Shown: positions 24,639 to 34,279 of the stretch, piece after piece
How the letters are laid out: each line of letters begins with the position of its first letter
How positions within the stretch are numbered: position 1 is the stretch's first letter
The notes under the pieces: generated by a model
Database searches by the model: none
What the model was told of the DNA's origin: nothing
Seen by the model: only the letters and a program-made list of their open reading frames with translations
Program-made: the position numbers and the translations under genes
Virus record (IMG/VR): IMGVR_UViG_3300040801_002290
Coordinates: 1 to 64,000 of that record
Strand: one strand, 5' to 3'
DNA length: 64,000 bases
Origin: a virus

Positions 24639-25379
24639 TCAATCCATGTGGGCTTTCTGGTACTTATCCCTCTCCTGCTTAGTCATTTCTCTGCCCTCAG
24701 CCGTAGCCTTGTCACTAATAGCTCTCTTTTCTGATTCCATCTTCTTATCATAGGCAGTTAGCTCGGGGGAGGGAGGGGACGGGTCCCACTTCTTGCCGTA
24801 CTTGTCTGTAGACTTTTCAGTCTTCTTCGCATCTTCCTCTTTATTAAGGTCTACACGAAGCTTTTCCATCTCTTCATGCTTATCGGCTTCCATATCAAGC
24901 TTGTCAGTCTTGTGGTCTGACGGGTTGAAGCTCTTAATAATAGACTTAATTGCTAATACGGTCTCGATAATTCCAGCGGCGTCTTCTGAGGAAATAGACT
25001 TTTTGGTTCTCCATCCTTTTTCAGGAGTTTCCCCTCTTTCTTCTCTTTCCTTTCTACTCTGCCTCTGCCTATCCCACGCACCCTCTTCTGCGCCTACAGC
25101 GTTGGGGTCTGCCTTAGTACCCTGATGCTTGGGCTCCACCATCTGACGAGAGTATCCATCGTCACTTTCTTCTGCTACTCCATGACCGTACTTTTTACTG
25201 TCTGAAACTAGCTTGGAGCTAGAACCGGGAGTAACAGACTTTAGAACCTCCCTGACATCTTCCATAGCATCAGCAATAAATGATTTTAGAGCATCGACTG
25301 ACACAGGTTTATCAATAACGATTAGACTACCTTCTTCATAGTCTCTGTACATACTTTCTACGTTTTTTAGTGTTTTCAT
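24639..25379 (-). CDS. highly charged, probably disordered protein
   Basis: 246 aa K/E/D/S-rich. Confidence 0.75.
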   Translation of the reverse strand: MKTLKNVESMYRDYEEGSLIVIDKPVSVDALKSFIADAMEDVREVLKSVTPGSSSKLVSDSKKYGHGVAEESDDGYSRQMVEPKHQGTKADPNAVGAEEGAWDRQRQSRKEREERGETPEKGWRTKKSISSEDAAGIIETVLAIKSIIKSFNPSDHKTDKLDMEADKHEEMEKLRVDLNKEEDAKKTEKSTDKYGKKWDPSPPSPELTAYDKKMESEKRAISDKATAEGREMTKQERDKYQKAHMD

Positions 25380-25438
25380 TCAATCATCTCCAAAGAAAAC
25401 TAGCCTTTTCAACATTATACCCAATAGATGGGGGAAGT

Positions 25439-26083
25439 TCAAACCTTAAGATTATTCTTTATCAGCCTTGAGTCAAACCAGTGAGAAGTGATTCCAGCAG
25501 TAAAGCCTGGATTAACGAACTTATACGCCTCGGAATAATTCTTCACGTTGCGAAAAATGAACCCCTCATACTCCTCGGAGTAAAAGGGTGTGTGATTGTA
25601 GGAGAGCAGAAAATTCTCGACATTGCTGGTCGAAGTTACTAGAGGAGTGAAACACAAACCTACCTCGGTAGCTCTCAGTTTAGCCTCAAAATAGGGAAGA
25701 AACGTCTCATGGCCAACATATATATCATACACTACAAAAAGACTTTCCAACTTAGTATAGTGAATGGAGTGTTTAGCGTATAGCCACTCCCCAAATATGA
25801 CGGAGTTCTTAGGGAGGTTTGTGAAAAGCGCCGAAAAAACTTCGTGCATCGAGTACGCCCAGTTTTTAGCCGCATCCCACTGAGGGTGTGGCCTTTTATT
25901 TTCGAGATAAGAGCCTCTGTTTTGTAGTTTAAGGACACCAGAGTCAGGCATGGAAATTCCCAGGTTGGCTCCGTCCAACTTCTCAAAGACATAGAAGTCC
26001 CCTTCCGGAAAACCCATCGCAGAGATGTCGTCTTCCGAAAAGTTACTTCCTGGTAAATGAGGTACTCTAGGATACTTTTTCAT
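25439..26083 (-). CDS. ATP-dependent RNA/DNA ligase-family protein
   Basis: KYPRVPHL, EKLDGAN (motif I KxDG), FGEWLYAKHSIHY, YDI, EGFIF. Confidence 0.85.
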   Translation of the reverse strand: MKKYPRVPHLPGSNFSEDDISAMGFPEGDFYVFEKLDGANLGISMPDSGVLKLQNRGSYLENKRPHPQWDAAKNWAYSMHEVFSALFTNLPKNSVIFGEWLYAKHSIHYTKLESLFVVYDIYVGHETFLPYFEAKLRATEVGLCFTPLVTSTSNVENFLLSYNHTPFYSEEYEGFIFRNVKNYSEAYKFVNPGFTAGITSHWFDSRLIKNNLKV

Positions 26084-26729
26084 AAAGTGTGTGCGTTCTG
26101 CCTACCTTGTCTGGTAAGCAAATGAAGTTGACTCCATTATACTCAAAGTTATGATACACATGATAATGACCAAACACCCAAGTCCTAACATTGGGGAGCC
26201 TGTTCATAAGTAAGTCTAGGTAAAGACTAGTACGAGTCCTAATAATTGGTTTATGAGCAGCCAAAACAAGGTGTGAGACTCTAGCTGGGGCGTCATGCGA
26301 GATAACTGTCTCTACCTGTTCGAACTTACCTTCCAGGCTTCTAAAGATATCTTCCCACTCCTGCTCATTTAGCTCCTCATTATACCACCAGTTTAACCCA
26401 GGGGTTCTCATCTGGTGGTCTATCGACCATGCTCCACCAACGTAAAGGGTATTACCCTCCAAAGTACCGTCAGGAATCCATTGAATGCTGCCGCTGGTAA
26501 ACTCTTTACAGACCTCTAGATTATCGTGGTTTCCACGAATAAATCTTATTAGCGGCTTTACATTCTCTCGCGCCAACACCCGAGCCTCATCGTCTCTATG
26601 AAAACCCAAGCCAAAATCACCCACGATGATAATCTCATCGTAGTCTGCGTGAACTTTTCTTAGGTGGGGAATTAGACTAAAATTCCCGTGTAGGTCACCG
26701 ACTAGCAGCTTCTTCATAAGTCTTTTCAT
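26067..26729 (-). CDS. calcineurin-like metallophosphoesterase
   Basis: GDLHG, VGDFG, RGNHD, SHDAP, FGHYH. Confidence 0.92.
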   Translation of the reverse strand: MKRLMKKLLVGDLHGNFSLIPHLRKVHADYDEIIIVGDFGLGFHRDDEARVLARENVKPLIRFIRGNHDNLEVCKEFTSGSIQWIPDGTLEGNTLYVGGAWSIDHQMRTPGLNWWYNEELNEQEWEDIFRSLEGKFEQVETVISHDAPARVSHLVLAAHKPIIRTRTSLYLDLLMNRLPNVRTWVFGHYHVYHNFEYNGVNFICLPDKVGRTHTLYEKVS

Positions 26730-26846
26730 CTTTCTCCTGTTTTCGGGCTAGATAAGCTATTGTCTCATATCCCAAAAACATGGCTACGATTACTGGCCAA
26801 GGCGCTCCCAATATAAAAGCAAGCACCATTGAGAATATAAAGTATA

Positions 26847-27059
26847 TCACGATATTCCACCTGGAAAATCAAGCGGTTGGTCTAAAAACATGGGCAACAA
26901 GTCCATCCAAATTCCGAAATAATCGAACAGTATTCCTACTATTGTCATAAGACAGAAGAGTATTCCGAAAAGATACCATTCTTTTCTATTCTTTCCACTT
27001 ATGATAGACATTATAAGAACAAATATCATCATTAGAGTAAATAAGAACTCGTTTACCAT
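26847..27059 (-). CDS. small membrane protein
   Basis: Two TM segments. Confidence 0.65.
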   Translation of the reverse strand: MVNEFLFTLMMIFVLIMSIISGKNRKEWYLFGILFCLMTIVGILFDYFGIWMDLLPMFLDQPLDFPGGIS

Positions 27060-27072
27060 GTTTATCCTTAAT

Positions 27073-27397
27073 TGGTTTAGGCAAGCTGTACGCGGGATTC
27101 TGTATTATCTTGTCATCTATCTTGGCTAGCCATTACAGTTTCGCTCTTTGCGGGAATTACTCCCTTGCTGACGGGTAAGGATTGCCTAGCCGTGGGTTAT
27201 TAGTCCCACGCTGGGGTGCTTTTATCACCCCGCTTTCACCTACCGCTAACGCGGTCACTATTCGCTGTTGCTCTTGCTCGCGGATTACTCCGGGCGGGTG
27301 TTACCCGCTACCCTTTTGCCAAAAATGGGACACATGTCTCAAGTTTGGGTCAGTCCCGACGTTCCTCACCGTAGCGCGACAAGTCACTTACCTAAAA
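27073..27397 (-). ncRNA. rnpB: RNase P RNA (bacterial type A-like)
   Basis: P1 TTTAGGTAAGT/GCTTGCCTAAA; P4 GAGGAACGTCGGGA/AGAATCCCGCGTA with compensatory pairing; AGAGCAACAG (L11/12), GGTGAAAG, GGCAATCC...GCAAG and AGATAGATGA blocks in canonical order. Confidence 0.9.
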
Positions 27398-27542
27398 TTA
27401 CAGTATCGTACATCAGAAGAAAAATACCAGACGAGATTAATGTTGCTCCGATGTAACTAGAAATGATGCCAAAAGGCAGTAAGGGCGGAATTAAAAAACT
27501 GGCGGCTATCAATAAGACGCCAATAAGTCTACGTAGTTCCAT
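27384..27542 (-). CDS. small membrane protein
   Basis: Start MELRR after GGAGG; two TM segments; stop overlaps the rnpB 5' end. Confidence 0.6.
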   Translation of the reverse strand: MELRRLIGVLLIAASFLIPPLLPFGIISSYIGATLISSGIFLLMYDTVILGK

Positions 27543-27603
27543 ATTGTATACCTCCCAGCCCAAGTATGGTAGGGAGCCTCCAACATGACCATCATATAGC
27601 ATA

Positions 27604-28128
27604 TCAGAAGGGAGTGTCAACTACTCTATCGTAGCCGAATTCTTCTGCTTTTTCTTCACACAGAGTCTTTAACCATCCACCCTTACCTTTTGCACGAAGT
27701 CTTCCAGGTGTTCCTGTAAACTCACACGTCTGGTAGGACTCATCTTCTGCCTTTGAGACTTCTTTAGAAAAGTTTCTCCACTTCGTAGACTCCCATTCGC
27801 CCTCCGGTGGGGTGTAATAAAACCTAAGCCCACCAAACTTCTCTTTAACCTGGTCAACCTTACCACCATTGTCAAGAACAAAATCAATTAGCGGCTTAAC
27901 TATACGGTCCCAACCAGAGTTACACTCAAAGTACACACCCCGATAACCAAACTGTTCTAAAAGCCCGTCAATTTGTTCCATGGTAACCTCTTTAGGTTCC
28001 ATAACATTCACACCCTTTCTAGCTAAGTCCCAAGCATTTTCCAAAATAAGGTTGGTTAACTCATTTTCAATACTTTCGGAAAGATATTCTCTTATTCTGA
28101 TAAGCTCTTCTTCTAGTTTCTTTTCCAT
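27604..28128 (-). CDS. conserved phage hypothetical protein
   Basis: GW...QVKEKFGGLRFY...TCE.TG..G...GW..TLC. Confidence 0.8.
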   Translation of the reverse strand: MEKKLEEELIRIREYLSESIENELTNLILENAWDLARKGVNVMEPKEVTMEQIDGLLEQFGYRGVYFECNSGWDRIVKPLIDFVLDNGGKVDQVKEKFGGLRFYYTPPEGEWESTKWRNFSKEVSKAEDESYQTCEFTGTPGRLRAKGKGGWLKTLCEEKAEEFGYDRVVDTPF

Positions 28129-28172
28129 CTTATTTCATCCTTGTATTCTACTCAAGCTCAGTTTTGTAAGGT

Positions 28173-29063
28173 CTAAAGATTTCCACTGCGATGTACATCT
28201 ATCTTATAGTCCATACATTGTGGAATTGAATACTCACAGAATAGTTGTTGCCAAATCGGAAATACTTTCTTTTTATCACCGGCAGTAAATTTGACGGTTT
28301 TATTTTGTCCTTCACGGTGTTTTGAGAGATAAACGTAAAGAGACAACCCAAACCGTATATTCAAAGATTTCACCAATTCTGATAAGTCATCGAAAGCCCA
28401 CCCTTTAGCAGCAATGCTAGGCGAGTGATATTTATTTGAGGATTGATGTGAGTAACCCAAGTGCCCATCATCTAAATACCAAATTAGCAGTCCAAATAAG
28501 TCCAATTGCGAAAAGATGTCAATCGGGATATAAGTTTTATTTGACACTAAGCCATTCCCGTAAATCTGTTGTCGTAATTCAGTAAGAAACTTATAGGCAG
28601 TTGTTTGGAGAGAGGGTTTGCCCCCACTGGCAGTATTGTAGAAACGAGTACCAAGAGCAGCTAATTTCTCACATTTCCAAGCAACGTAATCTGTCTGTGC
28701 CCTATGATGCCCCTCATAAAACACGTATCGTTTTGCGTTACCGCTACTCAGCTTTATACATCCATCCCCAAGAATACTGCCTAACAAAATTTGGGTTGCG
28801 TCGTATGACAAATCATCAAGTGACGTTTTTTGGTCTCCAACACACAAATTGTCATTGTCCCGAAAACCTGCTGCGTATTTGCCAACGCGCGAGAAATAGT
28901 TATCGTCAAGTTCAATCCCAAGTCTTCTTCTCTTTGCCATAATCCCAATTTGCGAATGACGAGGGATAAAATGTTGCAATTCGTGTGGCAAACACTTACC
29001 GCCAAGAAGATGAAGTGTCTCTACCTCACTTGGAGTCCATTTTACCTGTGTTTTCTGTGTCAT
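28173..29063 (-). CDS. free-standing LAGLIDADG homing endonuclease
   Basis: QILLGSILGDG and LIWYLDDG motifs; N-terminal WT..E HTH-like segment. Confidence 0.88.
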   Translation of the reverse strand: MTQKTQVKWTPSEVETLHLLGGKCLPHELQHFIPRHSQIGIMAKRRRLGIELDDNYFSRVGKYAAGFRDNDNLCVGDQKTSLDDLSYDATQILLGSILGDGCIKLSSGNAKRYVFYEGHHRAQTDYVAWKCEKLAALGTRFYNTASGGKPSLQTTAYKFLTELRQQIYGNGLVSNKTYIPIDIFSQLDLFGLLIWYLDDGHLGYSHQSSNKYHSPSIAAKGWAFDDLSELVKSLNIRFGLSLYVYLSKHREGQNKTVKFTAGDKKKVFPIWQQLFCEYSIPQCMDYKIDVHRSGNL

Positions 29064-29064
29064 C

Positions 29065-30339
29065 TTACCCCTTCAACACCATTACTGGTCTAAGACGCAT
29101 TTCTACCTCAGCTACCTCTGCGTCTACTAGAGACTGAATTACCTCGTCAACGTCCTTGTAAGCCCCGTGAGACTCATCAAGTGGAACATTTTCGAAGTTG
29201 CCAATCACACCAGCGTCTTCGAATTCCATGTTTACAAGCTCCTGGTCAAGCTGCTCCTTGGCCTTTCCACGGCTCAATACCCTTCCTGCACCGTGAGAAA
29301 CAGACTCTCCAAGTTTCTCTGACTTTACTCCTGGTCGTAGAACATAAGAACCGGTAGCCATGCTGCCAGGAATAAGTAGAGGAATACCGTCGAATTCGTA
29401 GGCTGGTGTAGCCCCTTTACGGCCCACGTATTTACCGTTACGCTTTTCTATGAAGTTATGTGGTATGTGGCCAAGGTATTCTCCACCAACTTCCTCAAAA
29501 ACAATCTGGTGAATCACATGGTGGTTATAGCTAGCCCATTCAAGCATTGCTAGTTGGAACATGTAATACATTCTCCCAATGAAGGACTCCGCTGGCACAA
29601 ACAATAAACCGTTCATTGGAGTCCCATTCCACTTCTTCAATTCCTCAGCAATAGCTTCATCGAACCACTTTGCCATAGCTGCTCCAATACCCCGAGAGCC
29701 GAAGTGTGTCATTAGGTAGTTTTCCCCGTTTTCAGCTTCTTGAATTTCAACGAAGTGGTTTCCCCCTCCGATTGTCGCAACCTGATGAAGCATTGCGTCT
29801 GTCATTTTGCTTTCTAGAAGCTTAACGAGAGCTTTGTACTCTTCTGTAGAAGACTCCTGCCATAGGGCTGGATATGAGTTAATCCATGACTTAGCTGGTC
29901 TCATTTCCCCGCGAATAATCAACTTGAAGGTCTCCATGGAGATTTTCCAGTCAGACAGCCCGCGACCAACGCCAATTCTTTCCCCCATCTTTTCAAGCAA
30001 GTCGCGGCGACCACTCCACTGTGACATGTTGTCTCTACCAAGCTTAGAAAGAGCTACAGAGCAAGCTGGGTCAGGACCAACAACGTCTGGGTAAAGATGA
30101 GTTTCTGACTCCACTACGGAGCCAATTGCGAAGCCATAGCCTGTGTGAGCGTCAGGAGTAATCGTTAGAGACTTAACCCCTGGCAACTCCATGGTGTTTC
30201 GAATCTGCGCCAATGCATCATTCTCTAAAGAATAGAACAATTGGTCAGACATCAAGAATGTCGCCCACACCTTACCGTGGCGCATCTTGTACACATTTCC
30301 TGTTTTGAATGGCTCAAATATCATGGTATTACTCTCCAA
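29065..30339 (-). CDS. rtcB: RtcB 3'-phosphate/5'-OH RNA ligase
   Basis: PDAHTG, DPAC, GGGNHF, HFGSRG, HNF, RKGATPA, PGSM, SHGAGR, terminal KG. Confidence 0.95.
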   Translation of the reverse strand: MESNTMIFEPFKTGNVYKMRHGKVWATFLMSDQLFYSLENDALAQIRNTMELPGVKSLTITPDAHTGYGFAIGSVVESETHLYPDVVGPDPACSVALSKLGRDNMSQWSGRRDLLEKMGERIGVGRGLSDWKISMETFKLIIRGEMRPAKSWINSYPALWQESSTEEYKALVKLLESKMTDAMLHQVATIGGGNHFVEIQEAENGENYLMTHFGSRGIGAAMAKWFDEAIAEELKKWNGTPMNGLLFVPAESFIGRMYYMFQLAMLEWASYNHHVIHQIVFEEVGGEYLGHIPHNFIEKRNGKYVGRKGATPAYEFDGIPLLIPGSMATGSYVLRPGVKSEKLGESVSHGAGRVLSRGKAKEQLDQELVNMEFEDAGVIGNFENVPLDESHGAYKDVDEVIQSLVDAEVAEVEMRLRPVMVLKG

Positions 30340-30775
30340 TTACTTCTATAGAGTCCTTTATGTTTGGACGGTAATAATCACGAAAAGTGGGTTCTCCAGG
30401 CTTTCTTCCGTCTCTAATTACGTGAATGTTTGTACCTTTTACGTAAGCAAACTCACAAACAAGAGGGTTGCCGAACCATCTTTTAATTATTAACCTTTTA
30501 CCCTTGTACTTCTCAAAAAAGCTCCTAGCTACTCTCATATCTCTCTTAAAGCTTTTAGAAACTCTTACCAGAGAGTTGTATTTGCGTCTGAGCAGTGCAA
30601 CCGCATCCACCTTTTCACTTTCTGGAAGACTGGACATAACATAACTAACGGCTTCCTCATGCAGGGCTTGTAGAGAACGCCCTATAACCCTAATATCTCC
30701 TCTATATTGAACTCCCATGAACCTAAATTCAGAATATCTAGACAAATATTTATGAAACCTCTTGTCACTAGTCAT
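30329..30775 (-). CDS. basic hypothetical protein
   Basis: 148 aa ORF, GAGG RBS. Confidence 0.7.
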   Translation of the reverse strand: MTSDKRFHKYLSRYSEFRFMGVQYRGDIRVIGRSLQALHEEAVSYVMSSLPESEKVDAVALLRRKYNSLVRVSKSFKRDMRVARSFFEKYKGKRLIIKRWFGNPLVCEFAYVKGTNIHVIRDGRKPGEPTFRDYYRPNIKDSIEVIGE

Positions 30776-30795
30776 AGTCTTACCTCTCTTGCGCT

Positions 30796-30827
30796 AGTGT
30801 ATCATCGGCCTAGGTGAGAACAATGAG
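30796..30827 (-). promoter_or_regulatory. phage TCTCA-class promoter (drives the rtcB operon)
   Basis: CTCA-N4-TCTCA-N13-TACACT. Confidence 0.75.
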
Positions 30828-30829
30828 AA

Positions 30830-30851
30830 GAGGGAGGATTTCTCCTCCCTC
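30830..30851 (-). terminator. terminator hairpin after the collagen-like gene
   Basis: GAGGGAGGA/TCCTCCCTC stem. Confidence 0.6.
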
Positions 30852-30876
30852 AACCCGCTTTAAGTTGTAGCTTGTA

Positions 30877-31788
30877 TTACCTTATAACCGGCCAGAAGTA
30901 GAGAATGTCAATGTCTACTACTACACCTAGCTCTACAGAAGTTTCTTCAAGAGTAGGTTGACCATCTGCTCCGAGGTAATAAAGCTCCCCGTATTCAAGC
31001 CCTTCGATGGTAACAAAGGAACCGGCAGGAATTAATTCTTCACCATCAAAGTAAACGAGGCTACGTAGGTGGACGTACGAATCTCCGGGGCTAGCAAGCA
31101 CCCAGGCACCGGGTAGGTTAGTGCGAACAAAACCAATTTCAGCGTCAAACGGAGTCAGGGCAAATGGGGTTAGGAAAATGACTTCACCAGGAGGACCCTG
31201 TTCGCCTTGAGGACCCTGAGGGCCGGTTTCACCCTGCTCTCCGCGAGGACCACGCTCTCCCTGAGGACCCTGCGGTCCTACGGCACCGTCAACTCCATCT
31301 GCACCGGCAGGACCGGCTGGGCCAGCGGGGCCTTGCGGGCCTACTGCACCGTCTTGCCCGTCAACACCCGGCTCACCCTGTGGGCCTGCGGGTCCTACTG
31401 GACCCTGAGGACCAGTTGCTCCGTCAGCACCGTCTTGACCATCTTCGCCTGGAGGTCCCTGTTCTCCGGTATCACCCTTGGGTCCCTGTGGACCAACAGG
31501 GCCTTGGGCACCGTCTTGGCCATCTTCGCCAGGGGGACCCTGCTCACCCTGTGGGCCTTCCGGTCCCTGAGGACCAATAGGTCCTTGCTCTCCCTGAGGA
31601 CCCTGGGGACCTTCTGGTCCCTGTGGGCCTTCTGGTCCCTGAGGACCCTGCTCACCCCCGCCAGTACAGAAGTGATGGTCGGGTCGCCTTTCGCAGAAAT
31701 CCTCGTCGGAGTCTCCTCCAGCTAATACTAGAGGTCCAGCCAAAAGGCCGAATGCTAGCACGAGTGACATCAAAAGTCTTAGTCTCAT
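30877..31788 (-). CDS. secreted collagen-like (Gly-X-Y) protein
   Basis: Signal peptide; about 50 GXY triplets; C-terminal globular domain. Confidence 0.9.
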   Translation of the reverse strand: MRLRLLMSLVLAFGLLAGPLVLAGGDSDEDFCERRPDHHFCTGGGEQGPQGPEGPQGPEGPQGPQGEQGPIGPQGPEGPQGEQGPPGEDGQDGAQGPVGPQGPKGDTGEQGPPGEDGQDGADGATGPQGPVGPAGPQGEPGVDGQDGAVGPQGPAGPAGPAGADGVDGAVGPQGPQGERGPRGEQGETGPQGPQGEQGPPGEVIFLTPFALTPFDAEIGFVRTNLPGAWVLASPGDSYVHLRSLVYFDGEELIPAGSFVTIEGLEYGELYYLGADGQPTLEETSVELGVVVDIDILYFWPVIR

Positions 31789-32081
31789 ATTTTCTCCTTT
31801 TCTTTAAAAACTAACCCAGTTTCCCTGCCGGTTACTGGTAAGAGCATAGTAACTCCAAGACTCTTACAGAACTCTTACTACACTTTGTAATTTCGTATTA
31901 GTTCGAACATACCCTTAACTTTTTGTAGATTCCTCAAAAGAAAGTAAAGGAAGTATATGTCCTCACGTTTAAGCGAGCTAAGAATTCTATCTATCTCCTT
32001 CAACGCGATTGAGTCTGTCTCAAGTAGAGAGTCGTCCCACCTCTTGGCCATATTATACCTCCTAAACTTGTTCCTGAGTGT

Positions 32082-32603
32082 TCAATCGTCACTGATGGAA
32101 TCCAGGAAAATTCTGTTCCAATCTGAGTGTTCGTGAATTCCGAACATGTGTTCTAAAAAGGCAAGCGCCTTCCTGTATCGGGCCATTAAACTACCATTAA
32201 AGTCATCATACGGTGTAGACAAATGGTCCTTCAAGTCTGCCATCTTTACATCCACGGCTATTCTGTTTCTATATGCGTAGATTCTTTCTATATATTGCCT
32301 ATAGGACATGTTTTTGGGCCGAGTAAGTAACCATAGAGCCTGAATCTCGTCATCTTCAAGTAAAGGAAACGTTCTCTTCATTTCTTCCGGGTCCTCTGTT
32401 GGATGAACATCCTCAAAGTAATCGTGAAGAATGGCAACTGGCATGTTTTCATTATCTACCAAACCAGCCACCCTAAAAAGATGTTGAATATAAGGTTTTC
32501 CTCTTTTATCGAACTGCCTATAATGACCACGCATAGCGAATGAGACGCATTTTTGCAACTTAACGTCAAACTCACTTAAGGTGTAAGAATCAGCCATGTA
32601 CAT
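32082..32603 (-). CDS. HD-domain hydrolase (RelA/SpoT hydrolase-like small family)
   Basis: H..Q.DK.G.PYI.H...AILHD..ED...VKMADL.D. Confidence 0.85.
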   Translation of the reverse strand: MYMADSYTLSEFDVKLQKCVSFAMRGHYRQFDKRGKPYIQHLFRVAGLVDNENMPVAILHDYFEDVHPTEDPEEMKRTFPLLEDDEIQALWLLTRPKNMSYRQYIERIYAYRNRIAVDVKMADLKDHLSTPYDDFNGSLMARYRKALAFLEHMFGIHEHSDWNRIFLDSISDD

Positions 32604-32649
32604 CTCTCCAATATTAATTCACAACTCATTATTTTACCATTTCAATATG

Positions 32650-32675
32650 AAAGGCGGGTTATTAGGCCCGCCTTT
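32650..32675 (-). terminator. terminator after ro60
   Basis: AAAGGCGGG/CCCGCCTTT hairpin. Confidence 0.7.
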
Positions 32676-32695
32676 ATTTTAGCTCAAAGTGACTT

Positions 32696-34243
32696 TTAGT
32701 AACTTTCGATGTACTTGACTAGGCTGCCCTCGGAAAGCATGGACATAAGCTTGAGTGTGGAGTCTGACCAACCTCCGATGGAGTAAAACTTGCCCCCAAC
32801 CCTGGACATCTGAGCCTCGTAAGCCGCTAGGTTTACGGAGTAAGCAGTGCCAGTGTAGCCCTTAAGGGCATGGAAAATCTGGTCATGAATTTGCATGTCG
32901 GAGAAAACAACGATGTTGTCGAAGTCCCTAACATTAACCTTAGAGAAGGCCACACTCATGTTGGTGCCGTATCCAAGCCTGTTGCGTAGGTTGCTATCCT
33001 TTAGTCGTGCCTGGTTAGCAAGAATACTGTTATTCTTGTTAAGTTCAACACGCTCTGCGGTAGTACCGAAGCAAACAACTTCTCCGTTTTGTGAGCGGTG
33101 CATAGCAGCCCCAAAAAGAGTACCAATATCAACGTAGGAAATCTCAGACTTGTCGCTAACAGTCGCGTCCATGGACCCAGACGTGTCAACAACGATTAGA
33201 GTTCTACCTTCGAAGGTTGGTAGGTTTCCGATAGAAGCGTCAAGGGCTTCGGATAGGGCGTTAGAGATTAATGCATAGCGGTCGTGGTCTCTAAACCCAG
33301 TAGAAGCTTCGCTCCAGTAATATCTACTTTCCGAACCAGAAATAGCTCGATGAGCAGAAAGGAACCGGAAAGGTAGCTGCCTAGACTTAGCTACTGCCTC
33401 AGGGTCAGCTAGCCTGTTAGCGACTAGATTCCAAAAGTCCTTGTCGGAAGCAGGAACCTTCTCAAAAAAGTTACGTAGGTTACGAAGTAGGGCCATGTAA
33501 CCCATGTTGTCCACAACGGACTCCCAGGACGCACCAGCACTACGGCTGCGTTCCCAACTAATTTCCCCGCTATCCTCAGAACCATTTACGGCCTTTAGAA
33601 TAACTGGTAGCAGAGCCCGAGCTTCGTCGGGAAGCTTTTCCCAAGCTGCGGAAAGGCTGCCTTCGCTCTTCCAAAGAAGAACAAAATCGAACAGGGCACG
33701 CTTTTCAGCAGTAGACTCAGCCCTTGCGTGAGTAATACGAATTGCCTTGGCAAGGTTCCAGTCTCGGCTAAAGTTGTTGTAACGAAGTGCGGCACGCTCG
33801 GTTAGACGGTCCTGTAGAATAGCGCGACCGAATCTAACAGCAGAAGGAATTACCTTCTTATTGTCGGAAAAAGAAGCTACGGTGGCTAGATAGTCACCAA
33901 TTTCATCACCACGGAAGAACACGTCACGAATTACACGACCATCCTGTGGCTGGCCATGCTCTAGCGTGTAGAAGCCCATAAGAGCGGCAGGCGTAGTACG
34001 CATGTTAAACTCTTGTCGAGCCACACGAGCTAGCTGGGAAACGAAGTTCTTAGGTGCCTTGGCGACAAGCGCCTGCATACGAGAAACTGTGTCGCTAGAC
34101 CTCTCGTAAAAGCTATCACTAAGGAAGCTAGAAAGAGCAAGCATGGCAAGCTCTTCGCGGACCTCAGCCTTACGGCCTACTCCACCTTCGTGTGTAACCA
34201 TCTGAGTTACGCGCCTTGGACGTGCTGTATTTAGTACACTCAT
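32696..34243 (-). CDS. rsr: Ro60/Rsr TROVE-domain RNA-binding protein with C-terminal vWA domain
   Basis: THEGG N-terminus, FYE, MRT, YMALLRNLRN, QLPFRFLSA, VVDTSGSM (MIDAS), FSDMQ, GGWS. Confidence 0.95.
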   Translation of the reverse strand: MSVLNTARPRRVTQMVTHEGGVGRKAEVREELAMLALSSFLSDSFYERSSDTVSRMQALVAKAPKNFVSQLARVARQEFNMRTTPAALMGFYTLEHGQPQDGRVIRDVFFRGDEIGDYLATVASFSDNKKVIPSAVRFGRAILQDRLTERAALRYNNFSRDWNLAKAIRITHARAESTAEKRALFDFVLLWKSEGSLSAAWEKLPDEARALLPVILKAVNGSEDSGEISWERSRSAGASWESVVDNMGYMALLRNLRNFFEKVPASDKDFWNLVANRLADPEAVAKSRQLPFRFLSAHRAISGSESRYYWSEASTGFRDHDRYALISNALSEALDASIGNLPTFEGRTLIVVDTSGSMDATVSDKSEISYVDIGTLFGAAMHRSQNGEVVCFGTTAERVELNKNNSILANQARLKDSNLRNRLGYGTNMSVAFSKVNVRDFDNIVVFSDMQIHDQIFHALKGYTGTAYSVNLAAYEAQMSRVGGKFYSIGGWSDSTLKLMSMLSEGSLVKYIESY

Positions 34244-34279
34244 AATCTTTCTCCTTTGCTGCTACCCTAATGGGCATAG

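Noticed and set aside
27182-27460. Plus-strand ORFs of 92 aa and 62 aa
   Set aside because: Antisense to the RNase P RNA, with no RBS or protein-like features
29065-30339. Possible intein or inactive active site in RtcB (GPDPAC instead of GVDIGC)
   Set aside because: Length is normal and the metal-binding and catalytic D, C, N, H residues are all present
31190-31660. Repetitive GC-rich DNA as a possible CRISPR array or VNTR
   Set aside because: Explained by Gly-X-Y collagen codons; no constant repeat with unique spacers. No CRISPR array was seen anywhere in the window
31853-31882. CTCTTA direct repeat with 10-bp period as another TCTCA promoter
   Set aside because: No TANNNT hexamer at the expected spacing
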